Part shown: piece after piece, positions 9,209-18,451 of the stretch
Layout: each line of letters starts with the position of its first letter
Position numbering within the stretch: the first letter of the stretch is position 1
DNA from: a virus
Taxonomy: Duplodnaviria; Caudoviricetes
Reading direction: 5' to 3' (one strand)
Length of the DNA stretch: 64,000 bases
IMG/VR virus record: IMGVR_UViG_3300046810_000370
Span: 1,891 to 65,890 of that record
Translations under genes and position numbers: made by a program
The notes under the pieces: model-generated
Databases searched by the model: none
What the model saw: only the letters and a program-made list of their open reading frames with translations
What the model was told of the DNA's origin: nothing

Positions 9209-9694
9209 TTACTTGTACTGGCCGGCCTTCTCGCGTGCGGCCTGCACGACGAGAGAGTGGACGGGGCAGAACTCGCAGAGGAAGCGGTCCCTCGCGGAGT
9301 TGTACTTGGGGAGGCCGGCTGCCTTGCGCTCGGCTGCGGTGTCCGGCGTGAGCCGCTTGGAACCGGTCTTGTAGTCGGAGCAGCCGGGGTTGCGGTTGTG
9401 GGCCTTCCAGCAGGAGAACGCGTCTTCCTGGAAGGTGTTCTTCGCCTCGTAGAAGGAGGTGTCGAAGCCGGTGTGGCCCGTCTTGTCGCGGATCTGCGCG
9501 ATGATCGCGTCGCGGGTGGACGGGGAGTCCCAGTGCTTCTTCTCCACGCGGAGCATGGGGTGGGCGACGTGGTTGGGGTGCTTCTGCACGAGGGCTTCGA
9601 GGAGGAAGTCCTGTCTCGGGTCGCCCTCGTAGTCCGGCAGTTCCTCCATCGAGCCGCAGGTCTTGCAGAGGAGGAGCCGTATGTGCTCGGCCAT
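9209..9694 (-). CDS. Cys/His-rich (zinc-binding) hypothetical protein
   Basis: CKTC, CWKAH, CEFC motifs. Confidence 0.7.
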   Translation of the reverse strand: MAEHIRLLLCKTCGSMEELPDYEGDPRQDFLLEALVQKHPNHVAHPMLRVEKKHWDSPSTRDAIIAQIRDKTGHTGFDTSFYEAKNTFQEDAFSCWKAHNRNPGCSDYKTGSKRLTPDTAAERKAAGLPKYNSARDRFLCEFCPVHSLVVQAAREKAGQYK

Positions 9695-9708
9695 GGTGTC
9701 CCTTCGAA

Positions 9709-10293
9709 TCAGTACCAGTTAGTGGCCTGGGAGTGTGCCCAGGCGGCGCAGGGAGTCCCGTATACCGCCTTGATGTATCCGAGTCCCCATCGTATCTGGG
9801 TTATTGCATTGGTTTCCCAATCGGAACCGGCGGAGGCGTATTTCGAAGCGGGGAGGGCTTGGGCAATTCCGTACGCGCCGGAGGTTGGGTTGGTGGCGTT
9901 GACCCGCCAGTTGGATTCCTTCTCCCACAGCGGTTCGAGGCAGCGGAACTGTGTGGCGCCGACCTGGGCGAGGGCGTAGGCCTTGGGGTTGGTCGGTGCG
10001 GCCGTGGTGCGCGCCGGCTGGGGTGTCGGTCGCGGCCGTTTCGTGTGTTTGGGCTGTTGGGACGGGGTGGCCTTCTTCGAGGCCTGGGTATGAAGCGGAC
10101 GGGGTTTCGGTGGCTGGTAGGTGAGCGCTGGACGCGTCTCGGACCGGTTGGCGGTGTCCGGCGTCGTGCGGCTGACCGTGGGGAGGGCCGTGTCCTTGAC
10201 CGTGGCGGCCGGGCCGCTGCCAGCGATGGCAGAGACGGCGGAAGCCGTAACCAGGAGTGTGGCTGCGGCTGTTACGCCGAGGTGGTATCGCAT
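9709..10293 (-). CDS. secreted lytic transglycosylase (SLT/Rpf-like)
   Basis: Signal peptide; CLEPLWEKESNW...SGAYGIAQALP...QIRWGLGYI...YGTPC. Confidence 0.85.
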   Translation of the reverse strand: MRYHLGVTAAATLLVTASAVSAIAGSGPAATVKDTALPTVSRTTPDTANRSETRPALTYQPPKPRPLHTQASKKATPSQQPKHTKRPRPTPQPARTTAAPTNPKAYALAQVGATQFRCLEPLWEKESNWRVNATNPTSGAYGIAQALPASKYASAGSDWETNAITQIRWGLGYIKAVYGTPCAAWAHSQATNWY

Positions 10294-10336
10294 GCAGAAG
10301 CCTTCGCTTGGGGACGCTCGTGCTCTACGAACGTAA

Positions 10337-10373
10337 CATCCCCGCTACGGCATTGGAAGCCGTAACGGGGATG
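10337..10373. terminator. stem-loop
   Basis: CATCCCCG-c-TACGGC...GCCGTA-a-CGGGGATG downstream of endolysin. Confidence 0.6.
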
Positions 10374-10385
10374 CAGTAATTCAGA

Positions 10386-11249
10386 TCACGCCTTGACGGT
10401 GAACAGGCCGCTGTCCTTGGCCAACTTCGTCAGGGACTCCAGGCCCGGCGCACCCTTCGCGGCGTCGCCCTTGTAGCCCTTCTTCGCCCGGTACAGGTCG
10501 TACGCGGTGTCGGTCTTGCTGCCCCACGAGCCGTCGACCCACTTCGCGTCGAGGTAGCCCAGGGCCGACAGTGCGTGCTCGACGAGCAACACGTCCGCCT
10601 TGTGGGTCACATGGCCCGTCGCGGCCGGCAGGTCCTTCTTGCGGGCCTCGACCACGTTGGACAGGTCGACGACCGGATTCGGCTTCGGGGTGGGCTTGGG
10701 CTTGGCCGGCTGCGCCGGCGAGGTATGAAGCGAAGGGTTCTGCGACTTCCACGCCGGGTCGGCCGACTCGATGCCGCCGTCGTAGACCGGGTAGCCGTAG
10801 CCGTACACGTGCGGATCGTTCCGCAGATGGGTCTTCGAATAGGTCCCGTCGCCTTCGGGGGAGCCATTCGCGTTCGTGTTGCCTTCCACCGAGAACACGT
10901 GAGTCGCGTCGAATCCGATGACGACGCCGGTGTGCTCTCCACCGCCCGGACCGTAGAAGATTTGCGCGCCGATGGCGGGATAGGTGGAAAAACGCTTCCG
11001 GGTCTTGTACCAGGTGACGCCGGTCGCGCACGACGCGGTGACCGGGTAGGAGCCCTTCGGCAACTTCGCCGTCTGGAAGGCCCACGCCGCGAACACGGCG
11101 CACCAGGCGCCCTCGACGTTGTCGACCCATTCCAGGCCGGGAACCTGGTCGGCGTACTTCTCGTGGTTGTTCCAGTGGCCGCCGGAATAGCCCTCGTGGT
11201 ATCCGACCTCGGCCTTTACGACCTTGGCGAGGGTATCGGTTATCGACAT
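10386..11249 (-). CDS. endolysin, CHAP-type amidase plus peptidoglycan-binding domain
   Basis: AWCAVF, HTGVV, VEGNT CHAP motifs; C-terminal VDGSWGSKT PG-binding-like. Confidence 0.85.
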   Translation of the reverse strand: MSITDTLAKVVKAEVGYHEGYSGGHWNNHEKYADQVPGLEWVDNVEGAWCAVFAAWAFQTAKLPKGSYPVTASCATGVTWYKTRKRFSTYPAIGAQIFYGPGGGEHTGVVIGFDATHVFSVEGNTNANGSPEGDGTYSKTHLRNDPHVYGYGYPVYDGGIESADPAWKSQNPSLHTSPAQPAKPKPTPKPNPVVDLSNVVEARKKDLPAATGHVTHKADVLLVEHALSALGYLDAKWVDGSWGSKTDTAYDLYRAKKGYKGDAAKGAPGLESLTKLAKDSGLFTVKA

Positions 11250-11251
11250 GC

Positions 11252-11500
11252 TCAGAATCCTGCCTGCGATGGGGGTGTCTGGACGAAATTGGGGGTGTGG
11301 ACGGGCTGGCCGTCGGGGCGGATCTTGACTTCGTCCTCGTGACGGCCGTACCAGACGTCGCTCAGGTCGATGCGGGCTCGGGTGGTCGCCGACTCGGTGA
11401 CTCCGATACCGCCTCGGTCGACGACGATCTTCTTGTACTTGCCGTCCGTCGCGCCTTCGTTGAGTTCGGCGTTCATGGACCGAGACTGGGCGTGTGCCAT
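11252..11500 (-). CDS. hypothetical protein
   Basis: 82 aa ORF tightly packed. Confidence 0.65.
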   Translation of the reverse strand: MAHAQSRSMNAELNEGATDGKYKKIVVDRGGIGVTESATTRARIDLSDVWYGRHEDEVKIRPDGQPVHTPNFVQTPPSQAGF

Positions 11501-11665
11501 TTACTTCGCTCGCTTTCCGTTTCCGTTGGCGCCACGGCGATCGTTGAATATGGCCAGCGGCTTGGCGGAGCCGGTAGCGCCTTCCGACACCGTGCGCTTG
11601 CTGTTGTCAGACATTCCTGGACGCCGCTTGTCGTCAGCGCGGTGCGGCTTTCTGTGCTTGGCCAT
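11501..11665 (-). CDS. small basic protein (54 aa, not in ORF track)
   Basis: MAKHRKPHRADDKRR...; fills gap exactly, TGATG overlap. Confidence 0.55.
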   Translation of the reverse strand: MAKHRKPHRADDKRRPGMSDNSKRTVSEGATGSAKPLAIFNDRRGANGNGKRAK

Positions 11666-11958
11666 CAAAATCCCCCAAGGGTTGGCCTAGAACTTCCAGA
11701 ATAGCCACCGATGCTGCCCACTCCGTTAGTCGGAGAAGCGAAGAGGCTATTCACCTGGAGCACGTCCTGGAGACCCAGGGCAGTGTCTCGATATCCGTAC
11801 TTCGGAGGAAACAAAGGACGGACGACCGGGGGCGGTGGACTCTGAAGTGCGAGCACATCGCCCGGGATATCAGCGACGCCGAGCGCGTCCGTGAGAATCC
11901 GCTCAGGAAGAGAGGCCCACGGACGCGAACGGTCGTAAATGGAATCCGCCTGCTGCAT
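11665..11958 (-). CDS. hypothetical protein
   Basis: 97 aa ORF tightly packed. Confidence 0.6.
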   Translation of the reverse strand: MQQADSIYDRSRPWASLPERILTDALGVADIPGDVLALQSPPPPVVRPLFPPKYGYRDTALGLQDVLQVNSLFASPTNGVGSIGGYSGSSRPTLGGF

Positions 11959-11961
11959 GGC

Positions 11962-13221
11962 TTAGAACAACTTCTGCTGGCCCGTGTGGGGCTCGGTATG
12001 AAGCCCGTTGCCCTTGCCGTAGGTGTTCAGCGAGGAGTCGTGGTTGTCGCCACGCCGCCGCTTCTCCTCCGACCACTGCGCGGACTGCATGTTGGTGAGG
12101 CTGTTGAGGCCCCGCTCGCCCATGACGTTCCGGGCGACGTGGTCATGGAAGGCGTGGATGCCCTTGATTCCCATGTAGGCCTGCTGACTTCCTGGACCCT
12201 TCTTGTCCTCCAGGTGCGGAGCGAACGCGCCACCGCCGGAGTGCGTGTCAGACACCCAGAACTGCGAGGAGCCGTGGGGGTCAACCCACGAGTTGTGGTA
12301 GGCCCCGACCTTCTCGCCGGCCGTCGGCTTCCACGCGTCGGACAACTTCTCCCCACCCATGACCTTGTGGGTCACGTCGATGGCGAGCGAGTGGTTACGC
12401 GGGTAGCCGTTGACGGGGTAGGCGCGGGTGTCGCCCTCCTTCTTCTCCAACTGCGTGAACTGCTTGCCGTTCCTCGCGGTGACCGTCTTCTCGACCTTGT
12501 CCTCGCGCGGGACGTAGTAGTCCGGGTGGTGCTCGTACTGGGTGCCGGTCTTACCGGACTTGGCCCACTGGATCGCGTGGCTCGCGGCCTGGTCGTTGGG
12601 GTAGACCGCCTTGCCCGTCACCTTGTCCGGCCGCACGAAGACGTTCTGCGGGGACGTGATGGCGTTCGCGGCAGCCTGCACGCCGAAGGGGACGCCGTTC
12701 TCCTTCGCCGACGTCTTCAGACGTGCACGCGGGCTCAGGGAGCCGTCACGGGTGTGGTCATCGGCCGGGCTGTAGAACGAGTCGTGGTGCCCGCCCTCGT
12801 GGGCATAGGCACGGTCGACCTGGGCCGCCAGCGCGCGGTGTGCGGAGTCGGGCGTCACACCGAACTTGGCTGCCGAGCGCAGCACACGGGTCTGCTCGGC
12901 CGGAGTGTGGTCCTCCCACCGCCTGTTGACCGGCATCATGTCCCGGGTGGGGTTCATGGTGTGCTGGCCGTGCCAGACGTCAGAACCTTCCGGGCCCGAC
13001 AGTTCCATCTGACCGTGCAGGTTCGGCGCCTTGTCCGTGTTGCCCATCAGCCGGTACGACTGCTTGGCGTTGTGGCCGGCGCCGGGCTGGTCCTGGATGG
13101 TCTTGAACCGCTCGGGGTTGGCCGCCTCGAAGGACTCCCGCTTGCCGGCGGCGTCCTTGACTGTCTTGTTGTAGGCGCGAGTGTCCGCTGCCTTCTGTGC
13201 GGGTGTCTTGCCTGCGGCCAT
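11962..13221 (-). CDS. hypothetical protein, possible HhH-glycosylase-like domain
   Basis: AITSPQN, GEKVGAYHN, WVSDTH, QSAQW spacing resembles phage HhH-GPD-like proteins. Confidence 0.45.
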   Translation of the reverse strand: MAAGKTPAQKAADTRAYNKTVKDAAGKRESFEAANPERFKTIQDQPGAGHNAKQSYRLMGNTDKAPNLHGQMELSGPEGSDVWHGQHTMNPTRDMMPVNRRWEDHTPAEQTRVLRSAAKFGVTPDSAHRALAAQVDRAYAHEGGHHDSFYSPADDHTRDGSLSPRARLKTSAKENGVPFGVQAAANAITSPQNVFVRPDKVTGKAVYPNDQAASHAIQWAKSGKTGTQYEHHPDYYVPREDKVEKTVTARNGKQFTQLEKKEGDTRAYPVNGYPRNHSLAIDVTHKVMGGEKLSDAWKPTAGEKVGAYHNSWVDPHGSSQFWVSDTHSGGGAFAPHLEDKKGPGSQQAYMGIKGIHAFHDHVARNVMGERGLNSLTNMQSAQWSEEKRRRGDNHDSSLNTYGKGNGLHTEPHTGQQKLF

Positions 13222-13333
13222 CAGGAACCTGCTCCCTGGGTCTTGGGCGCGTCCCTGATGGACTGCGCGGGTGTCTTGGGCGAGGCCTTCTTGATCGCGT
13301 CGAGCTGGCCCCGGAACTCCTGGGTGCGCACCG

Positions 13334-13888
13334 TTATCTCCACTGGTCCGGAGAGTTGTGAGGGGAAGCAGAAGGGAGCAGCTTCTTCAGCCGCTCGGAG
13401 CGCACGGGGTCGATGTCGGCCATGACCTCCGCGACGCCGTACTTCTGCTGGAGGGCAGCCATCTCGGACGGGGACAGGGCGTTGACCTTGCCGCCGTGGG
13501 CGAGGCGCTCGGTGACGTCGCCCTTCTGTGTCCACTTCAGGCCTCGGGCCTGGTAGACCAGCCCGGCCTGGGGGTTGACCGACCCGACATCGGGCCACAC
13601 GTAGTCGCCGGGGTCGATCTTGTCGCCCTTGTGGACGCCGCGCTGATAGGACCGGTCAGTCAGGCGCTTCTGCACGCCCTGCATGACCCGGTCCTGGCGG
13701 CGGTCGTTGATGGTGCCGAGGTAGCCGTCGGGGTACTCGGCGGACGGGACACGGCCCCCCATGGCGGCACGCCGGGCGTCCAGGGAGTCGCGGAAGGAGA
13801 GCGCATCTGTGCCTGCTCCACCATTCGCACGAACCGGGGCGCCCGGCTGCCCTATACCCATGGGCGGCAGGTATTGCCAGTTAGACAT
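13334..13888 (-). CDS. hypothetical protein
   Basis: 184 aa ORF, GAGGA RBS. Confidence 0.7.
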   Translation of the reverse strand: MSNWQYLPPMGIGQPGAPVRANGGAGTDALSFRDSLDARRAAMGGRVPSAEYPDGYLGTINDRRQDRVMQGVQKRLTDRSYQRGVHKGDKIDPGDYVWPDVGSVNPQAGLVYQARGLKWTQKGDVTERLAHGGKVNALSPSEMAALQQKYGVAEVMADIDPVRSERLKKLLPSASPHNSPDQWR

Positions 13889-13906
13889 GACGTCCTCTTA
13901 CGGGCC

Positions 13907-14248
13907 TTACGCGCCCTGCCGGTACTGGCGCCGGAGGTAGAAGTCCCGGTTGCCGACAGCGGAAGGGACCACGACCGTGTTGCGCTGGACGAGACCGGCC
14001 TCGGCGGCATTCGCCTGGTAGAGGACAGCGGTAGGTCGCAGCGAGGCGCCGTTGCGCTCCTGGATGTTCGGGCGGTGGGTGGCGGTGGCCGCCTCCAGGA
14101 ATCCGCCCTTCGCCTGGTTCTTCTTCGGCACGGACTTGCCCTTGATGGGCTTGGCCACGTTCCCGAGCCGGGAGGCATCGTTGCCCATGGTCGGCCGCAG
14201 CGACGGGTCGTTCGTCGTCACGGTGTTGTCGCTCTTCTTCTTCGCCAC
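13907..14248 (-). CDS. basic hypothetical protein
   Basis: GTG 14248 after AAGGAG RBS (MAKKKSDN...). Confidence 0.65.
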   Translation of the reverse strand: MAKKKSDNTVTTNDPSLRPTMGNDASRLGNVAKPIKGKSVPKKNQAKGGFLEAATATHRPNIQERNGASLRPTAVLYQANAAEAGLVQRNTVVVPSAVGNRDFYLRRQYRQGA

Positions 14249-14258
14249 TTCAGGCTCC

Positions 14259-14579
14259 TTAGCCGCCGAGGGTCCGGTAGGGGTTCTTGTCGATCCACAG
14301 CCGCTTGTCGTAGGTCTGCGACGAGGCACCGTTTGCCGATGGCGCGTATCCCCCGCCGATCCGCTTGCGGTCGTAGTCCTGCGTTCCCAGGCCGTTGGCG
14401 GAGCCGCGTACCTGGGTTTCGTCGAATACCGACGTGGGCGTGAATCGGGCTAGCGGCTGGTGGCTGACCGTGGGGTAGGTGTGGTTGACCGAGGGGTATC
14501 CGTAATCGATCGACGGATACTTTGTCTCCATCGCACCGGTCGAAAAGGAACCATTTCGCCCTTCCGATACACCGTTCAT
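14259..14579 (-). CDS. hypothetical protein
   Basis: 106 aa ORF, GGAGG RBS. Confidence 0.6.
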   Translation of the reverse strand: MNGVSEGRNGSFSTGAMETKYPSIDYGYPSVNHTYPTVSHQPLARFTPTSVFDETQVRGSANGLGTQDYDRKRIGGGYAPSANGASSQTYDKRLWIDKNPYRTLGG

Positions 14580-14637
14580 TTCGCCTCCATGGGATCCTCC
14601 CCAGTGTAAAGACGGAATGCCGACGGTTTAGAACCGC

Positions 14638-14940
14638 TCAGTGGACGAGGATCCGCAGAAGGATGGCGCTGATTTCACCGGCGTCCGGGGTGTTCACCGT
14701 GGTGAATCCGGGGCGGGTGTCGAGGACAATTCCTCGGGGCGCCACGAAACTGTTGGCGATGGCGATGGCCTTGACGGCCTGGTTTACCGCGCCGGCTCCG
14801 ATGGCTCGGAGGGTGACCCGCTTACCGTCGTAGACGGCGTGGGAAACGGCACTGGCGACGCTGGCTGCTGACGACGAAGACTTGACCCGGAGGATGACCT
14901 CGTTACTGGCACCTTCGTCGTTGTCGAACTGAACTCCCAT
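14638..14940 (-). CDS. spoVS: SpoVS-family protein
   Basis: LRVKSSS..ASVASAV...RAIGAGAVNQAVKAIAIA..F signature. Confidence 0.85.
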   Translation of the reverse strand: MGVQFDNDEGASNEVILRVKSSSSAASVASAVSHAVYDGKRVTLRAIGAGAVNQAVKAIAIANSFVAPRGIVLDTRPGFTTVNTPDAGEISAILLRILVH

Positions 14941-15014
14941 TGGTGTCTCCTGTTGCTCCGATTTGCATCACATTTCGAGAATACGGAGCGGCAGGAATCT
15001 TGTGTTAACGACAA

Positions 15015-15048
15015 CAGGCCCCGGGGCGTCGTCTACACCCGGGGCCTG
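15015..15048. terminator. stem-loop
   Basis: CAGGCCCCGGG...CCCGGGGCCTG. Confidence 0.7.
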
Positions 15049-15063
15049 CTGCGCTATTAGTTG

Positions 15064-15468
15064 TTACTTGGCGTACCAGGTACCGAGGTCCTGAGCGGGT
15101 GGTTTTTCGAGGTAGTTCTTGGCCCGCTCGAAGAATTCGGGATCGTCGCGGGCGTGGCCGAGCATGTCATTGCAGGGGCGGCATAGCAGGCCGCGTACGA
15201 GCAGGTTCTTGTGGTCGTGGTCGACGGACAGCCGGCGGGTCGCACCGGTGGCCCTGGGGCATATCGCACACCGGCCGCCCTGGGCCTCGTAAAGGCGGTC
15301 GTAGTCGCCTTCACCGAGTCCGTACGTCGTCTGGACGCGCTTCTCGTGGGCGGCCTTGCTGCGCCGCTTCTTCTCATCGCGCCAGTGGGTGGCGCAGCGG
15401 GGGCCGGGGTTGGGCGCTGGGCGCTTGCTCCCCGGTTCGCAGTCCTTGCAGACCTTGGGGACGGTCAC
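15064..15468 (-). CDS. recombination endonuclease VII-family nuclease
   Basis: YGL..QGGRCAIC...VDHDH...VRGLLC..CN. Confidence 0.85.
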   Translation of the reverse strand: MTVPKVCKDCEPGSKRPAPNPGPRCATHWRDEKKRRSKAAHEKRVQTTYGLGEGDYDRLYEAQGGRCAICPRATGATRRLSVDHDHKNLLVRGLLCRPCNDMLGHARDDPEFFERAKNYLEKPPAQDLGTWYAK

Positions 15469-16067
15469 GCGAAGGCCAGGATCTCCCTGACCTTGGTATG
15501 AAGGTCTTCGAGGGTGCCGTCGTTGACCAGGCGCGCGTCGAACCACTTGTCCGGCAGGGGCTTCTCCGACTTGTGGCCGTTGACGGCGCCGATGCCGGGC
15601 CGCTCGATCTTGATGAGCAGGCCGAGGCGGGAGTCGATGGCCTGGTGCTCGTTCTCGAACCGCAGGTCGGTGAAGACGTACTTCTTGTCCTTGTCCAGGC
15701 CCTTGAAGGCGGCGTCGACCCACACGTTCTGGTCGATCATCTCGCGGCCGACCTCGGTGCCGATGACCTGGAGCATGCGGCGGATCTCGGGGTACTTCCG
15801 CTTGGCCTCTTCCCAGCCGAGATCATCGACGATGTCCTGGATCCGGATGTAGTCGCCGTCCGCGTCGGTGAGGACGACGGGGTTGAGGACGTACAGGGCC
15901 TCGCGGAGTTTGTCGGCGAAGGCGACGCGGGTGTACCCGTAGTCCCCGAGGATCTTGGCGACGCTGTCCTTGCCGGCGCCGGCGTATCCGTGGAGGCCGA
16001 CGAACTGGGGGAGCCAGGACTCGATGATGTCGTGGCCGTCGATGGTGAGGTCGGTGGTGGTGGTCAC
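15465..16067 (-). CDS. deoxynucleoside monophosphate kinase
   Basis: GYAGAGKD P-loop, FADKLR, RRMLQVIGTEVGR, TDLRFENE. Confidence 0.85.
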   Translation of the reverse strand: MTTTTDLTIDGHDIIESWLPQFVGLHGYAGAGKDSVAKILGDYGYTRVAFADKLREALYVLNPVVLTDADGDYIRIQDIVDDLGWEEAKRKYPEIRRMLQVIGTEVGREMIDQNVWVDAAFKGLDKDKKYVFTDLRFENEHQAIDSRLGLLIKIERPGIGAVNGHKSEKPLPDKWFDARLVNDGTLEDLHTKVREILAFA

Positions 16068-16459
16068 TTGCTCGCTCCGTTGTTCTCGGTGGGCTCGGAG
16101 ACGGTGATGTCCTCTCCGAAGGTCAGGCTCTTGGCGATGTGGTCGCGGACGATGGGGATCTCCCATATCGCCTGGCGGGCGGTGTCCACGGCGGCGTTGC
16201 GCTGGTTCTCCAGGCGGACGAGGGTGGCGAACTGGCCGTTCCAGCGACCGGTCATCCAGTCCGTCTTCTCGATCAGCGGGGTGACCTTGCCGACCAGTTC
16301 GGTGGCCTGCTTCTCGGTCTCCCGAAGGCGCCGGCGCTCCATGGTGAGTTCGTCGATACGGCGGTCGAGTTCGGAGCGGGTCTGTATCAGGCTCCAGGCG
16401 GTGAACAGGACGACCGCGCTGTAGACGGTGACGATGAAGACGAGGACGACGTTGTTCAT
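16064..16459 (-). CDS. membrane-anchored coiled-coil protein
   Basis: N-terminal TM helix MNNVVLVFIV... Confidence 0.65.
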   Translation of the reverse strand: MNNVVLVFIVTVYSAVVLFTAWSLIQTRSELDRRIDELTMERRRLRETEKQATELVGKVTPLIEKTDWMTGRWNGQFATLVRLENQRNAAVDTARQAIWEIPIVRDHIAKSLTFGEDITVSEPTENNGASK

Positions 16460-16620
16460 CGGTGCATCAGGCACCGCGCGGGCGCATCCTTGACGGGCGC
16501 GAGTCCGAACCAGGAGCAGGGCGCCTCGGCCCTGACCCACATGGCACCGAGCACGAACGCGGCGAGTACTACGCCGACGAGCATGCCGGTTATCGAGTCG
16601 GTACGTCTGCTGCTGCTCAC
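16456..16620 (-). CDS. small membrane protein
   Basis: Single TM helix; 4-nt overlaps on both sides. Confidence 0.55.
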   Translation of the reverse strand: MSSSRRTDSITGMLVGVVLAAFVLGAMWVRAEAPCSWFGLAPVKDAPARCLMHR

Positions 16621-17324
16621 GGAGCCACCCTTCCGTTCTTGACGAATGCTTGGTAGGTGAGCGGGAAGTGCTCGGCGAACGCGACCTCCATGTCCACGGC
16701 GACCTGCTCGATCTCCTGCTGCGGGAAGGACCGGAACATGGCGGCGTCGTTCTGTGTCCGCAGGGACAGGAAGTGCATCAGGGAGCGAGGGTTCGCCGTG
16801 GCGTAGAAGGAGGTGTAGGTGCCGACCGGCAGGACGTTGCGGGCGACCTCGCGGGCGACGCCGGCCCCCAGCATCCGCCGGTACGCGGACCAGGCGACGC
16901 GGTAGACCTGCTCGTGCTCCCAGCGGGTGATGCCGTACTGCTCGTCGGTGCCCTGGACGAACTGGTACTCGCCGGGCTTGCCCTCCTGGACCAGCGGCCT
17001 CCACCGGTCGGGGACGAAGAAGGTGGGGTCCAGTTCCTTGTATCTGCCGCTGGTCTCGTTGTAACTCCAGCCGACACGGTGCCTCATGAACTCGCGGGCG
17101 ACGAAGATCGGTGCCTCGACGAGGAAGGACAACTGGCCGTGCTCGAAGGGGCTGCCGTGCCGGTGGCGCATGAGGTAGTTGATGAGACCGGAGGCCTCCC
17201 CCGACTCCGTCGCAGCGGAGCCGAGGGTGGACACACGGGCGGCCTGGCAGATCTTCGCGTCGGACCCGGCGAGGTTGTCGACGTCGAGCGTCGCGGAGAC
17301 GTCAGAGCGCTGATCGATGGTCAC
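16617..17324 (-). CDS. thyX: FAD-dependent thymidylate synthase
   Basis: HGSPFEH and RHR-x7-SGRY ThyX motif. Confidence 0.92.
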   Translation of the reverse strand: MTIDQRSDVSATLDVDNLAGSDAKICQAARVSTLGSAATESGEASGLINYLMRHRHGSPFEHGQLSFLVEAPIFVAREFMRHRVGWSYNETSGRYKELDPTFFVPDRWRPLVQEGKPGEYQFVQGTDEQYGITRWEHEQVYRVAWSAYRRMLGAGVAREVARNVLPVGTYTSFYATANPRSLMHFLSLRTQNDAAMFRSFPQQEIEQVAVDMEVAFAEHFPLTYQAFVKNGRVAP

Positions 17325-18019
17325 TTGGCGGCGGCCTTGCTCTTGGGCTGCTCGTCGTTCTTGATCGTGGCCTTGAAGTAGGTACCGGACGCGTCGTGGT
17401 AGGCGACGACACCCTCGGGGTCCTTGAAGCCGGGAGCGATGAAGGAGCCTTCCGACTCCAAGGTATGAAGCGCAATATTGACGGAGTAGTTCAGGTCCTG
17501 GCCGTTGGAGACGAGGATGACCGGGACCACGGTGACCTCCGGCGGGGCCGGGACGGCCTTGGGGAAGGTCGCCAGGTAGTTGTCGTTGACCTCGGTGTCG
17601 CGGATGTCGTACCAGCGGGACGTGTTGAAGAGCGCGAAGCGCTTCTCGTCGAGCCCGTATCCGGACTGGATGCCCTGGCCGAACCACTCGCCGTAGTGCT
17701 TGCCCTCGCCGAGCGCGGTGAGGGCGTCGGCGTTCTCCGACACCCACTGGGCGAAGCCGAAGTTGTCGTCCTCACGGGTGATCCAGCGGTTGCGGCTACC
17801 GGCGCGGACGATGAACGGGTCGTCGTTGACGTCGAAGGCCACGATGCCGTTCTTCTCGTCGTCGGTCAGGTTCTCGACGGCCTTCGTGTCGGCGACCTTG
17901 ATGATCTCGACCAGGCCGTTGGTGCCGTTCACCTTCTCGGTGAGGACCACCTTGCGGTGCAGTCGCGGGATGGGGCGGAACTTCGGGTAGGTGGGCGTCT
18001 CGGTGACCGTGGCAGTCAT
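17321..18019 (-). CDS. RNA ligase (Rnl2-like nucleotidyltransferase domain)
   Basis: TEKVNGTN motif I, SRNR, YGEWFG, FALFN, EGVV, FK. Confidence 0.8.
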   Translation of the reverse strand: MTATVTETPTYPKFRPIPRLHRKVVLTEKVNGTNGLVEIIKVADTKAVENLTDDEKNGIVAFDVNDDPFIVRAGSRNRWITREDDNFGFAQWVSENADALTALGEGKHYGEWFGQGIQSGYGLDEKRFALFNTSRWYDIRDTEVNDNYLATFPKAVPAPPEVTVVPVILVSNGQDLNYSVNIALHTLESEGSFIAPGFKDPEGVVAYHDASGTYFKATIKNDEQPKSKAAAK

Positions 18020-18025
18020 GTGGTG

Positions 18026-18451
18026 TTAGTCCCCTTCGTGGGCCGTGTAGGTGCTGAGTGGGATTCCGAAGCGGGGGCCGTCGGGGGTCTCGATGACCCG
18101 TCCGGCGCTTATCGCTTCCTTCTTACGGATACGAAACACTACCTCGCGACGCTTGTCAACGTATTCGATCCAATCGATTGACGAGCGGATCAGGGGCATC
18201 TCGTCGTCCAGGTCGTACAGGACGTAGCCCTCCCACAGGACGGCCGAGTCAGAGACCCCTACGTGCTGGTAGAGCCGCAGCAGCCAGTCCTGCTGACCGA
18301 CCTGGTAGACGTGCCCGCCGTAGCGGAGGTAGACCGGGTCGCGGTGGCTGGAGAGGCAGGTGCGCGGCGCTCCCGTACGGAACTGGGGGCGCCACGTCCA
18401 CGGCGGCCGGGGCTGCTCGATCCGGGTCGCCTTCCTCTGCACACGCCTCAT
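18026..18451 (-). CDS. hypothetical protein
   Basis: 141 aa ORF, ATGA overlap. Confidence 0.55.
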   Translation of the reverse strand: MRRVQRKATRIEQPRPPWTWRPQFRTGAPRTCLSSHRDPVYLRYGGHVYQVGQQDWLLRLYQHVGVSDSAVLWEGYVLYDLDDEMPLIRSSIDWIEYVDKRREVVFRIRKKEAISAGRVIETPDGPRFGIPLSTYTAHEGD

